A stretch of DNA of 64,000 nt from an uncultured Nitrospiraceae bacterium. Its GTDB lineage: Bacteria; Nitrospirota; Nitrospiria; Nitrospirales; Nitrospiraceae. This document shows, piece by piece, positions 21,064 through 31,084 of this stretch (position 1 is its first letter; the number at the start of each line of letters is the position of its first letter). The stretch spans positions 1,440,001 through 1,504,000 of the forward strand of contig CAVSTP010000004.1 in assembly GCA_963730935.1 (NCBI GenBank), read 5' to 3'. A model generated the notes under the pieces. That model did not search any database. It had not been told where the DNA came from and saw nothing but the letters and a program-made list of their open reading frames with translations. The position numbers and the translations under genes are program-made.

Positions 21064-21222
21064 GTGAGTCCTCACGGCAGAGACATCAACACATTTGTGT
21101 CGGCATGCGAAACGATTCTTGGGATTAATGTCGCGACAGCCGATCTCACCGAGCAAGAAGGTCAGTTGATCCAATACTACATCGCCGCCCTCGCGGCAAA
21201 ATTTCCCGCCTTGGTAGACTAA
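21064..21222 (+). CDS. Small hypothetical protein (52 aa), paralog of 33908..34105; not in ORF track
   Basis: My translation VSPHGRDINTFVSACETILG...LTEQEGQLIQYY resembles DFISACEALHQ...LTREEKDLIEF. Confidence 0.6.
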   Translation: MSPHGRDINTFVSACETILGINVATADLTEQEGQLIQYYIAALAAKFPALVD

Positions 21223-21258
21223 CCCTCACATCCAACCCGGGTTTCTCGTCTTCTCTCG

Positions 21259-21564
21259 TTACACGACCGGTTCGCAAGGCTGGAGGAAGGCCTTGAACGG
21301 AACCGGATGCCCCAAGTGTTCTTCGACCAGCCTGGCTTGCGCCTGCTTCACGGCTTTTACAAGTATGTCCATTCGATCCTCGTCAAGCGCCACGAGAATC
21401 AGCTTGTTTCGATCGTGAGAGGTGTGCGTCACCGAGACCGCGCCGGTTTCGCCGCTGCCGCCCACCCCGTGAACCACGGTGTATCCCGTAATTTTCAAAT
21501 TGTTGAAAATGACGAGCACCTCATCTTCGAACTTCTCTCGACACACAATCGTAAGCATCTTCAT
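21259..21564 (-). CDS. P-II-like small protein
   Basis: MKMLTIVC...TGYTVVHGVGGSGETG...PFKAFLQPCE. Paralog of 5189..5491. Confidence 0.75.
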   Translation of the reverse strand: MKMLTIVCREKFEDEVLVIFNNLKITGYTVVHGVGGSGETGAVSVTHTSHDRNKLILVALDEDRMDILVKAVKQAQARLVEEHLGHPVPFKAFLQPCEPVV

Positions 21565-21739
21565 GATCACTCCTCCTGGTCATCCAGGCCCTATTCTGCC
21601 TTCCTCATCCGTTGAAGTCTACGATCTCGCCGGCCGATGGCGCATGCTACTCCCCTAGGGCATCCGACAGTCACACAGGTGACTCGCAGGACGTAGAATC
21701 AGTTCTACTCTCAGGTGGGCCCAACAGGAGGGTCATCGG

Positions 21740-21904
21740 ATGCCGACCTATGAATATAAATGCCTGGACTGTGGCAAGGAGTCGGAACTGAATCTCAGCA
21801 TGAGCGAACACGACCGCGGCAAGATCACATGCCCAGCGTGCACAAGCGCCCGCATGGAGCAGTTGATCTCCGCGATCTCGGCAAAAACGAGCCGCAAGAG
21901 TTAA
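21740..21904 (+). CDS. FmdB-family zinc-ribbon protein (54 aa; not in ORF track)
   Basis: My translation MPTYEYKCLDCG...ITCPACTS, with AGGAGG RBS. Confidence 0.88.
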   Translation: MPTYEYKCLDCGKESELNLSMSEHDRGKITCPACTSARMEQLISAISAKTSRKS

Positions 21905-22028
21905 TTGACGGATGCATTCCCACCTGGGGCGGCGTGTGCTCCGAAACGGCGGACTTTGGTGTGTGCGATGCGACACTAGTCGAAAGCTTGTCAACGAGCG
22001 ACAGTTCGCGTACTGTACGCCGCGCTCG

Positions 22029-23633
22029 ATGCTCGAAGCAGACCGTCCCCACACCAATCCTCCGCCGCGCCCGCGCTGGTTCGTGCGGCAAGATGTCGAC
22101 GGCTTGCTCGGGCTGGCGCTCGACAACCTCATTCAGATTCTCCTCATCGTCGGGCTCTGCCGAGGGCTGCTGGGGTATCCTTCGACACTCGTCTACGGGC
22201 GCATCCTGCCGGCCGTCGCCCTGAGCCTCATCGTCGGCAATGTCTATTATAGTTGGCTCGCCTATCGCTTGGGCGTCCGGGAAGGACGCGACGATCGCAC
22301 GGCCCTCCCCTACGGCATCAACACGGTCAGTCTCTTCGCGCACGTCTTTCTCGTCATGCTGCCGGTGAAATTGATCGCGCTCGACCGTGGCGCCACCATG
22401 GACGAAGCGATCACGTTGTCCTGGCAAGCGGGGCTCGTCGCCTGCCTGGGATCGGGAATCATCGAGCTGATCGGCAGCGTGCTCGCCGATCCGCTACGCC
22501 GCTGGCTGCCGCGCGCGGCGCTCCTTTCCACACTCGCCGGCATCGGATTGACCTTCATCGCGCTCGGCTTTCTCTTCCGCACCTATGAATATCCGGTGGT
22601 CGCGCTTGTGCCGTTCGGCATCATCCTATTGACGTACTTCGGCCGAGTCCAATTTCCGATCCCCGGCGGCCTGCTCGCGGTCCTGGTCGGGACCGCGCTC
22701 GCCTGGATGACCGGCTTGGTCCATCTCGATGAAGCCACGTTCTCACAGGCGGTGGCACCGCTCGGATGGCATCCACCGGGAATCTTTATCGATGCCCTCT
22801 GGCAATCTCGCGAGATCTTGCTCACGCAACTCAGCGTCATCCTGCCGATGGGCCTGTTCAATCTCGTGGGCAGTCTTCAGAATCTGGAAAGCGCCGAGGC
22901 GGCCGGCGATGCGTACCCGACGGCTCCCTGCCTCGCGGCCAATGGGGTCGGCTCCGTCGTGGCGGCGGTCTGCGGCTCCTGTTTTCCGACCACCATCTAT
23001 ATCGGCCATCCGGGATGGAAAGCGATGGGCGCCCGGATCGGCTATTCCTGGCTCAACGGTGTCGTGATGGCGCTCCTCTGCGTGACCGGCGCGGCGGCGG
23101 TCGTCGCCGCGATCATTCCGATCGAAGCCGGTATGGCCATCGTGCTGTGGATCGGGATCGTCATCGGAGCGCAAGCATTCCAGGCCACGCCCATGAAACA
23201 TGCGCCGGCCGTGATCGTGGGACTCTTGCCTGGCATCGCGGGCTGGGGCGCGCAGTTGATCAAGACCAGTCTTCGAGCGGCGGGGCTGGCCACCGCCGAT
23301 CGGCCGTTCACCCCGGACCTCCTGCCGATCTTCGCGCGAGCGGACATCTATCTCGGCGGGGCCTTCGCGCTCGAGCAGGGCCAGATTCTCTCCGCCATGC
23401 TACTCGCCGCCATGACGGTGTTCATCATCGAGCGGCAATTTGCCTGGGCCGGCGTCTGCATGCTCGTGGCAGCGGGGTTCTCCTGGGTGGGCCTCATGCA
23501 CAGTTACCGATGGATGCCATCGGATACCGTGCTTCAGCCTGGCTGGGGCAGCGGGGGCACGTGGGCAACCGGATATCTGCTACTGGCGCTACTCTTCTAC
23601 TGGGCCGGATGGAAGGAAGGCAGTAAGGGTTGA
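22029..23633 (+). CDS. NCS2/AzgA-like permease
   Basis: WFVRQDVDGLLGLALDNLIQ, TALPYGINT, NLESAEAAGD, PTTIYIGHPGWKAMGAR and many TM segments. Confidence 0.85.
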   Translation: MLEADRPHTNPPPRPRWFVRQDVDGLLGLALDNLIQILLIVGLCRGLLGYPSTLVYGRILPAVALSLIVGNVYYSWLAYRLGVREGRDDRTALPYGINTVSLFAHVFLVMLPVKLIALDRGATMDEAITLSWQAGLVACLGSGIIELIGSVLADPLRRWLPRAALLSTLAGIGLTFIALGFLFRTYEYPVVALVPFGIILLTYFGRVQFPIPGGLLAVLVGTALAWMTGLVHLDEATFSQAVAPLGWHPPGIFIDALWQSREILLTQLSVILPMGLFNLVGSLQNLESAEAAGDAYPTAPCLAANGVGSVVAAVCGSCFPTTIYIGHPGWKAMGARIGYSWLNGVVMALLCVTGAAAVVAAIIPIEAGMAIVLWIGIVIGAQAFQATPMKHAPAVIVGLLPGIAGWGAQLIKTSLRAAGLATADRPFTPDLLPIFARADIYLGGAFALEQGQILSAMLLAAMTVFIIERQFAWAGVCMLVAAGFSWVGLMHSYRWMPSDTVLQPGWGSGGTWATGYLLLALLFYWAGWKEGSKG

Positions 23634-23690
23634 TAGCGGAGACGTGTCACCTACTCTGAGCATCGGCTCGACCGCACTACGTCTGATCAG
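23632..23690 (+). repeat. Repeat module D
   Basis: TAGCGGAGACG.TGTC...CTCTGAGCATCGGCTCGACCGCACTACG matches 55860-55910 and the reverse complement of 5095-5145. Confidence 0.7.
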
Positions 23691-23726
23691 CGGTCAACCA
23701 CGGTGCTGGTATGCATTGAATGCAAA

Positions 23727-23951
23727 CTAGACCGGCGGCAACATAAGAAAGAGGCTCACCAGGATGATCGGTGTCATCACATACATGGCCGTTTTGCCGA
23801 ATGAATCGTACACACCGTAGATCAAAACGGCGGCAATGAAGCTGAAATAGATGTAACCGATTCCCCGATAGCCGGCGCTATGTTCAGCGGCCAAGGCGAG
23901 CGTTGGGGAGGCGAGTAGTCCCATTGCCAAGAGCATGGCAAATCGTGTCAT
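23727..23951 (-). CDS. Small membrane protein
   Basis: Signal-like N-terminus, two TM segments and AAGGAG RBS. Confidence 0.7.
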   Translation of the reverse strand: MTRFAMLLAMGLLASPTLALAAEHSAGYRGIGYIYFSFIAAVLIYGVYDSFGKTAMYVMTPIILVSLFLMLPPV

Positions 23952-24059
23952 AGCAGACTCCTTGGTTGAGGTAAGTGTACGTGGCGCACAACACCTCTTT
24001 GAGCGAGAGGCATTTATGCTGCGCTTTCCGGCAAAGGAAGTCAAATGATGGGAGGCTGG

Positions 24060-24321
24060 ACGATGGATGGGCGCCTTCCTGCTCAGGCGATGGATAAACC
24101 GCAGGACCCTATCGCGGCTGGCTTCGCAAACTCGGTCCGTCCCAGACGTTGTCTGAACGGACCTTCGAACATTGCGTCTCGCCATCGCCAAAGGCGACCG
24201 CCGCGATAAGGCGCTGCATCCATCGCAAATCGCAGCAGTCGCCCGTCCATCGTCCGTAAGGAAGAAAACAAGCGAGCTTGGAAGGGACCATTTAGGGAGG
24301 AGAAAGGGGACAGGCTACTTT
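24060..24321 (+). repeat. Modular repeat, module A plus core plus GGGGACAGGCTACTTT motif
   Basis: Near-identical to the reverse complement of 27750-27990. Confidence 0.9.
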
Positions 24322-24375
24322 ATGGATCCGATCCGATCCTGAGTCACCAGAGTATGCGGGGCATCTCCTCCCACA

Positions 24376-26814
24376 TCATTGGCTCACGAAGACCACAAAG
24401 CCGTTCGCGGGGATCGCCACATTGAGTCGGCCTTGGCTGGAAGGGATAATGGCGCCCGAATTACCGACGTTCTGACCGCCATAGCTTGCAGCATCGCTAT
24501 TAAAGATTTCCTTCCATCCGGCATCGGGAATGGCGAGGACATCCTTCTCGATCACATACCCGTTCGCGAACGGAACGTTGTTGAGGCTCGCAGCGATAAT
24601 GACTTCCTCCGATCCGTTCCATCGCTTAAAGGCAATCACGCGATTGGCGTTCGACTGGTGGAGGATGTCAATGTTGTGGCCGCGGATTGAACCAAGACGT
24701 CGGCTGAGACTGATGAGATCCTGATAGAAACGAAAGAGTGCCTGACCATTCCCACTCCGCTCGCCGAGAATGTCTTCGCGGAGGGGCAGAAACCCATCGA
24801 ACGTATACCTCTTCTGCGCTCCAATCTCTTCTCCCATGAAGAACATCGGCGTGCCCGCCGAGAGCAAGGAGAGGCCGAAGCATACGCGAGCGCGCGCCTC
24901 TGCAGAAATTCTCGTGGCAGCAATCAGCGGAGCGTCATTGACTGCAACCACCATTGTCCGTGCGGTGCCCGCTGCATTGCCCGCTTCGTCGTGCGATTCG
25001 TGGAAGACGACCCGTCTGTATTGGGTGTCGTAGAGCGATCCGGCAAACCAATCCATCTGAAGCGGCTCATTGCCGCCGAATCCCGCTCGTTTCAGCAGGC
25101 GCGCTCGGTCGCCTGCCATGTCCGAATCACCAATCAGATGATGATAGAACGCGACTTGCCAGGTGCCGTCAAATCCTAATCCGCCTTGGGCCGGCGGTTT
25201 CGTCACCGCGTCCCAGTCCGTATGGTCTTCCGCGATCAGGATCGCGGTCGGGCGAATCATGTGCAGTGTCCGACTCCACTCTCGCAGAAACTTCTGACCG
25301 AACATATTGGCGCTGCCGACAGAGCGTCCATCTGCATTGAGCGTGTTGTCACGGTGAATCGCTTGAGTCAGGTCTACGCGCAAGCCATCGACATGCATTT
25401 CCTCAATGAGAAACGCCGCACTGCTGATGAACTGCTGGCGGACGACTTCCTCCCAAAACCGCGGTGTGTACCCTGAAGAGCCGTTGTTGAGGTAACCGCC
25501 ATCTGGAGAGGAATAGTCGGAGGAACGCCCCTCATACCAGTAATAGATGTTCTGTTCAGCAGTGGTCGAGTCGTATTGCCACTGGGCGCGTTCTGCGGAA
25601 TTGTCGTAGTGATTATAGACGACGTCCTGAATCACGGCGATGCCGCGTCGGTGGCACTCCCGCACGAAATGGCGGTATTTGTCGCGACCTCCCGCGCTCG
25701 ATTCGATGCAGAAGTGATGGCTGTCGCCATAGCCCCATCCCACGTTACCTGAAAATTCCGCCATGGGAAGGAGTTCGACAGTGTTGACCCCGAGAAGAAC
25801 CAAGTGATCGAGGAACGTCATCGCATCGCTCAAATCGCCGGGGCTGGTCCTCCCAAATCCCAGTGAGCCGACGTGCAACTCGTAAATGACCAGGTCTTCG
25901 AGACGGGTGGGAACAGGCTGGCTATGAGTGAATTCCGTGGCCCAGAATTCTTCGGCCGGGATGAGATCCGGAGCCGCGCCGGCAGCCGTCGATTGGAACG
26001 TGCGGCGCACTACATCCGGATCAATCACCACGCTGCAACTCACCGTGCCGTCCAACGTGTCCACCGTTCCCGTCCAACTGCCTGTCCTTGGATTGAGAGG
26101 ATTGATAGCGCCTCTGCCAATCTGGCTGCGGGAAAAAATATCGGTGCGATAGACCGTCTGCCCTTGGGCGTTTACGATGCGATAGATGTATGGAAGGCCT
26201 TTATACTTTTCAAAGTCGCCGGGAGGACCGCCTTGCCAAACACCGTCGGCAGTGCTGAAAAGCGCGACGACCGGCTGCCCAGGATCATTTCCAGTGCCGT
26301 CATTGGCAATGTAGCCGTTCGCGGGTTTCCCAAAGACGACATTTACGCTTCGCGCATTGGGGGCCCATACGGCAAAACGCAGGCCGGGTTTGGCCGTTCC
26401 GGCTTTGATGTGCTTGTTGGCTCCCAAGCGCCGGCCGTATGTAAAGTAGTAGCGTTCGACTTGAGATGTCCCACCACCAGTAAGACGAAACTGCCGATAG
26501 CGCTCAACGGAATTCATATCTTGGATTTCGGTTGGAATCCCCCAGAGATTGTGACCCTGGGGGTCGTCGACGGCCACCCCCCACCTAAACAGCTTGTCTT
26601 GATCGGCAAGGTCGAGCGAGATCGAGGCTTTGAAGATCGGACACCCATCTTCTCCGATAGCTTCCTGCATCGGAGATTCCGTCCAATCAGCTGAATACCG
26701 GCCATTGCCGTTCCAACTACCGCGCAAGCGGCCATTTCGAAAGATCGCGCGCTTCAAGCCAGTGATGAATTGAAACTCTACTTTCTGCCTTGGCACAGTG
26801 ACTTCTCTCCTCAA
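24376..26814 (-). CDS. GH13 alpha-amylase-family enzyme with CBM48 (branching enzyme/TreZ-like)
   Basis: FAVWAPNA, IYELHVG, VELLP, WGY, DVVYNH, DGLRVD, IAED, ESHDE and PMFFMGEE. Confidence 0.9.
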   Translation of the reverse strand: MRREVTVPRQKVEFQFITGLKRAIFRNGRLRGSWNGNGRYSADWTESPMQEAIGEDGCPIFKASISLDLADQDKLFRWGVAVDDPQGHNLWGIPTEIQDMNSVERYRQFRLTGGGTSQVERYYFTYGRRLGANKHIKAGTAKPGLRFAVWAPNARSVNVVFGKPANGYIANDGTGNDPGQPVVALFSTADGVWQGGPPGDFEKYKGLPYIYRIVNAQGQTVYRTDIFSRSQIGRGAINPLNPRTGSWTGTVDTLDGTVSCSVVIDPDVVRRTFQSTAAGAAPDLIPAEEFWATEFTHSQPVPTRLEDLVIYELHVGSLGFGRTSPGDLSDAMTFLDHLVLLGVNTVELLPMAEFSGNVGWGYGDSHHFCIESSAGGRDKYRHFVRECHRRGIAVIQDVVYNHYDNSAERAQWQYDSTTAEQNIYYWYEGRSSDYSSPDGGYLNNGSSGYTPRFWEEVVRQQFISSAAFLIEEMHVDGLRVDLTQAIHRDNTLNADGRSVGSANMFGQKFLREWSRTLHMIRPTAILIAEDHTDWDAVTKPPAQGGLGFDGTWQVAFYHHLIGDSDMAGDRARLLKRAGFGGNEPLQMDWFAGSLYDTQYRRVVFHESHDEAGNAAGTARTMVVAVNDAPLIAATRISAEARARVCFGLSLLSAGTPMFFMGEEIGAQKRYTFDGFLPLREDILGERSGNGQALFRFYQDLISLSRRLGSIRGHNIDILHQSNANRVIAFKRWNGSEEVIIAASLNNVPFANGYVIEKDVLAIPDAGWKEIFNSDAASYGGQNVGNSGAIIPSSQGRLNVAIPANGFVVFVSQ

Positions 26815-27047
26815 ACCCTCTATGAGCTAGAAGGCAACTGGCATGCCCACGGGGAAGCGACATGACAGTTAAACAAATACAATGGGAATAGCAATTGTAA
26901 CTTGGCGAGAAACGTTTTGGGTGAATCGCTCTGCTTAGCAGAGCATCGAAAGCGATTCAGTGCAGCCCGACGGATTCGTAGAGCGGTTCAGCGGCTGAAA
27001 TGGTGTCGACGATTGAGGCGATTGGAGGGATTCAAGGGGGAATAACC

Positions 27048-27275
27048 TCAGGCCCCCAGCTTCAGCGACACATACGGCATTAAATAATAAGCGGCAAAGG
27101 ACACTAGCGCGCCTGCAATCACTCCGAAGAGGCCGCTGACAAGCAGTCCTACAAAGGGAAGGATCAGCACAATTAATATCATCGAGACGGCAAGGAGTCG
27201 ATGCTGATCATAGAACGTCCTTCGCTGGACATACTTGAGGGAATCGGTAAAGGACATGACGAGTGGGGAAGGCAT
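27048..27275 (-). CDS. Small membrane protein
   Basis: Two hydrophobic helices. Start uncertain. Confidence 0.5.
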   Translation of the reverse strand: MPSPLVMSFTDSLKYVQRRTFYDQHRLLAVSMILIVLILPFVGLLVSGLFGVIAGALVSFAAYYLMPYVSLKLGA

Positions 27276-27322
27276 ATGAATACTATAGGCCTCTTGTAGG
27301 ACAGATGCAGCACCTGTTCTCC

Positions 27323-27532
27323 TCAAGGTGAATACCGGACGAGGACAAGCGCACTGCAGGGGCAGGCGAGATTGGCACCACGGCTCTTCCACGCAAACGC
27401 ATTGGCCCCAGGATGACCGGCAAGGAAATTCGATGCTGGAATCGGCGTCAGTGTCCCGGGGTCGACCTCATACCATTCACCATGCCGCAAGAGTAGCGTC
27501 GTCACTTTGTCGTAATCGATAACCTCAGCCAT
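27323..27532 (-). CDS. Hypothetical protein
   Basis: 69 aa with a strong AGGAGGTG RBS. Confidence 0.6.
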   Translation of the reverse strand: MAEVIDYDKVTTLLLRHGEWYEVDPGTLTPIPASNFLAGHPGANAFAWKSRGANLACPCSALVLVRYSP

Positions 27533-27749
27533 ACGTCACCTCCTAGAGTTCGACCTCCTTCAATCGCATGTAACCACGCAGGATTGAATGGTAACACATG
27601 GTCCGTGAGGGCACTCGGCCGATTCGAGAAGTTTCGATGACAAGTCGGGGCGAGCCGTGAGGTTAGGGATTCGGCTTTTGACGCGAGAGAGGATTGTTTA
27701 CAGATGGATAATAGACTTCGCCATTTCACAGGCGGCGATGGCGAGCCCC

Positions 27750-27990
27750 TAAATGATCCTTCCAAGCTCGCTTGTTTTCTCTTTCCTAAGGAAGGTGGAT
27801 GGGTCGCCCACTGCGATTTGCGATGGATGCAGGACCTTATCCCGGCGGTCGCCTTTAGGCGATGGCGAGACGCAGTGTTCGAAGGCCGTTCAGACAACGT
27901 CTCGGACGGACTGAGTTTGCGGAGCCAAGCCGCGATAGGGCCCTGCAGTTTATCCATCGCTTGAGCAGGAAGGCGCCCATCCACCTCCGA
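27750..27990 (-). repeat. Modular repeat, core plus module A (inverted relative to 24060)
   Basis: AAATGATCCTTCCAAGCTCGCTTGTT...GCGATGGCGAGACGCAGTGTTCGAAGG...TTGCGGAGCCAAGC...CATCGCTTGAGCAGGAAGGCGCCCATCCACC. Confidence 0.9.
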
Positions 27991-27998
27991 CACTTCCT

Positions 27999-28728
27999 TT
28001 AATGCGTCCAGATTTGCTCTGGTGTGTCCGCGAACGGATAGACATGCACCATCCAGCCGAAGAGCTGCGGCACGAAGCGCCCGCCGGCTTGTTTGCATTC
28101 GGCTTCTGTCAGGATCGACCCTTTCGGGCCGAACTTCTTCCAATCCGCGCTCTGCATGTCTTTCTTCTGCGGCAGACAAATGTTCACGTGCGCGTGCCAC
28201 TGCGCAATGCTCAATGGGATCCGGTCATTCAGATTCGCCTCGCTCGCCCACTTCGGCGCGGTGAACATCGCGCCTTCCAGCTCATAGCCCTCAGGAGTTT
28301 TCCTATAGAGCAGCGAAGTCGGCTGCTTCGGATCGAAGCTGAAGGCCGCCTTGAATCCATTCCACTTGCGCGTAAAGTGATAATGCGGCTGCTGCACGTT
28401 CGGCAGGAATGGCTCATAGCCGTCATCGATGGCCACGCGATACTCCCGATATCCGAGCCAACGCCTGTCGTAGCTGCCGAAGGATGTCCCACGCCGTCGC
28501 CTGATCCGCTTGATTCGTCGGTCGAAGTGTAGTCCAGCGGAAATGCGGCCCCAAATGCGCATGAGAACCGGCCATCGAACTCACCGTCTCCGCCTCGTGG
28601 TGCCCATGCACGTGCTCCTCTTCGGCATCGCCATGCGATGGAGACTGGGCTTCCTGCGTGACCTGGTCCGGATGCCTAGAGCAGGAGATCATGAAAAGGA
28701 ATGCGAGAATTAGAGCGAGGGAATGCAT
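27999..28728 (-). CDS. His-rich lipoprotein, hypothetical; split by a 1-nt frameshift near 28454
   Basis: Removing one base joins ...LRQALAR to YREYRVAIDDGY...WHAHVNIC...FGWMVHVYP. Confidence 0.7.
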
Positions 28729-28771
28729 ACAGGTACTCTCTTTAGACTAACGGATCTGTTCAATCAACGTA

Positions 28772-28895
28772 AAAGTAGCCTGTCCCCTTCTCTCTTCCCT
28801 ACATTGAGGGCGGTGCGCGTCGAAGCGCGCACGTTTGAGACCAATCGTGCTACCCTCTCAAGTAGAGGTACAAGGAAGCTTGGAAGGAATATTTG
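28772..28895 (-). repeat. Short motif plus module B fragment plus core
   Basis: AAAGTAGCCTGTCCCC, GGCGGTGCGCGTCGAAGCGCGCACGTTTG and CAAGGAAGCTTGGAAGGAATATTT. Confidence 0.75.
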
Positions 28896-28941
28896 ATTAT
28901 AGGTCTACACCTGCGGATGGCGATGTCCGTGAGAATTGACC

Positions 28942-29151
28942 CTATTCTACGCTCTTGGCCTCGAAGTCGACGAGGGCATCGTCTTCGACGGTATAACGGA
29001 TCTCGAGAGGATTGCAGCACACCTCACAGTCTTCGACGTAGGTGTGACGGTGGACCGAAGGGTCCAGGACCATCGAAATGTCTGCGCCGCAAAAGGGACA
29101 GACGAAGGAATGTTCCACAACCAAATACGCTACCGCAGGTTGCTGTCGCAT
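28942..29151 (-). CDS. CPXCG-motif cysteine-rich protein
   Basis: CPFCG...YVEDCEVCCNP. Confidence 0.85.
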   Translation of the reverse strand: MRQQPAVAYLVVEHSFVCPFCGADISMVLDPSVHRHTYVEDCEVCCNPLEIRYTVEDDALVDFEAKSVE

Positions 29152-29377
29152 GACAATGGTTCGGTGGTCAGGATCGTCTGAAAGGAGCCGTTCTGATGTC
29201 AACACACCAAACAATTACCGATTGGATTATTAAACAGTTACGTCGATCTCCTGAACGTCAGCTTGAAGAGTTGGTGTGACACGGCACCCGCGCCCTGAGA
29301 AGGGAACGAATAACACCCGCGCTGGTCCCTTGCTCTGTGTTCGTTCGACGGCCGCAGTGGCTACGAGCGGACCACCT

Positions 29378-29698
29378 TCAGCTTTTCTTTTCTTCGATGC
29401 CCCAGGTTGTGACCAGCACCTCGGTGCCGTTCACTGATCGAAGATGTTCCACAACCCGCCAGCCCTTCAAGACTTTTCCCAACTTGTCCGGCTTATGTTC
29501 CATCAGAAACTCGGTCGAGATCACCGCGTCCCGGAATCCTCCAAAGTCGCTCGCTTCGATCCGAAACACCTGGGCCAGTCTCTGGCCATCGTATGAATCT
29601 CGAATCGACGCGTTAGGCATATGTTCATGGAAATATTCACGCACCGCCGCGATTCTCTTCGATTCATCTTCGGTATTGACGCTCTCTCCCCACGCCAT
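29378..29698 (-). CDS. Hypothetical protein
   Basis: 106-aa ORF with GGAGG RBS. Confidence 0.6.
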   Translation of the reverse strand: MAWGESVNTEDESKRIAAVREYFHEHMPNASIRDSYDGQRLAQVFRIEASDFGGFRDAVISTEFLMEHKPDKLGKVLKGWRVVEHLRSVNGTEVLVTTWGIEEKKS

Positions 29699-30219
29699 GG
29701 CTGCACCCTCCCAGATTGAGCTGCTGCACAAGCCTAGGCGCGGGGAAGGAGAGAGTCAATGCGAGACGTGCTAAGCTGAGATGGCGTGCCGTACGAACGC
29801 TCACATGTGGCGGCAACACGCCGAATGGTTCTTGAAGAGGATTCTGTCTGTCACATCTTTCTGCTCCGAACAAGGAGAACGGCCATGAAGACAGACGCTT
29901 CATGAAATGTTGAATGTCTCATCGCAGGTCTCTGAGCGATCAAGGCTTGTAAACAGGCCGACGACTCGGGAGGGCGCCATGGCGAGCCAATCACTCTTCC
30001 TTTCAATGGCAGAATGTTTCAGTAATCACTGCTGGGCACGTATTTCGCTAGGTACCAATCAGCAGGATAGCGCGTTTGGGACCGTGCACTTCTGTGTACC
30101 TTCCGAGAGAGCGATGCTCATCAAGGAGAGGGAGATGAGTCTATGAGCCGTGATAGCGTTCTGATGGGTATTGGGGACAGCGCCGGTACACTCCGCGCGT
30201 GAAGGAAAGGAGATACTCG

Positions 30220-30534
30220 ATGAAATTACAGCCGTTGCACGATTGGGTCTTGATCCGAACCGGCGAGCCAAGCGAGAAGAGCACCGGCGGCATTATCATT
30301 CCGGACACTGCGCGAGAGAAACCCAGGGAAGGAGAGGTTCTCGCCGTGGGGCCGGGTCACCTTGTCGAGGACAAGGATTCTAAGGAGAAGGTCAAGAAGA
30401 AGACGTTTGTGAAGACTACCCTCAAGCCGGGCGAGCATATCCTGTACGACAAACACGCCGCCAGAGAAGTGGAGGGCGACGAGGAAGAGTTGGTGTTGGT
30501 TCGAGAAGAGGATGTCTTGGGCTATCTTCCGTAA
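30220..30534 (+). CDS. groES: Co-chaperonin GroES (solo copy)
   Basis: MKLQPLHDWVLI...TGGIIIPDTAREKP.EGEVLAVGPG...REEDVLG. Confidence 0.92.
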   Translation: MKLQPLHDWVLIRTGEPSEKSTGGIIIPDTAREKPREGEVLAVGPGHLVEDKDSKEKVKKKTFVKTTLKPGEHILYDKHAAREVEGDEEELVLVREEDVLGYLP

Positions 30535-30574
30535 CGAGGAATGCCCACACCGTTCCATCCGAACCTCCCACACC

Positions 30575-31084
30575 CTACTTTGGATTCACGGCCATATAGG
30601 CGCGGATGAACTCGTCGACAAGGCCTTCGACAGTGGTCTTGAGGACATGGATGTTCTTGTGAGGCTTGATGCCGACCACGTTCTCAGTCACCCATGAGCG
30701 AACCCAGACCGGCAGGCTGGTCTGTCTGTGTATCTGCACCATCTCCTGCCAGACCGAGACTTCGACGCAGTAGGCATAAAGGGAGTCCGAGCGTGCCGTT
30801 TGGACCAGGATCTGAATTGTCGGACGGCCTTGCGTCATGGTGACCTCGTCTTGACTCAACAGACGAATGCCTGCGGTCCGCAGACGGGTTTCGGCAGTCG
30901 TCCGGACGAGGTCCTTCGTCAGCCCGTCCCGCTCCACGTCAGCATCGATCTTCTCGACGATCAGCCGTACACCAGGCAAACCTCGTAACGTCTCCTGGGC
31001 AAGCGGGTCCTTTGGAAGCTGCGCAAGGCCAACGATCGGCCACAAGCAGAACAGGGATAGCAGTGCCAGGATCTTCAGCCACAT
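30575..31084 (-). CDS. Exported hypothetical protein (paralog of 2303..2800)
   Basis: Signal peptide, AGGAGG RBS and similarity to 2303..2800. Confidence 0.75.
   Translation of the reverse strand: MWLKILALLSLFCLWPIVGLAQLPKDPLAQETLRGLPGVRLIVEKIDADVERDGLTKDLVRTTAETRLRTAGIRLLSQDEVTMTQGRPTIQILVQTARSDSLYAYCVEVSVWQEMVQIHRQTSLPVWVRSWVTENVVGIKPHKNIHVLKTTVEGLVDEFIRAYMAVNPK

Noticed and set aside
29270..29295. GTGTGACAC as a further WYL box
   Set aside because: Only a half-site, with no GTCAC arm at N7 and no TANNNT at the required distance.
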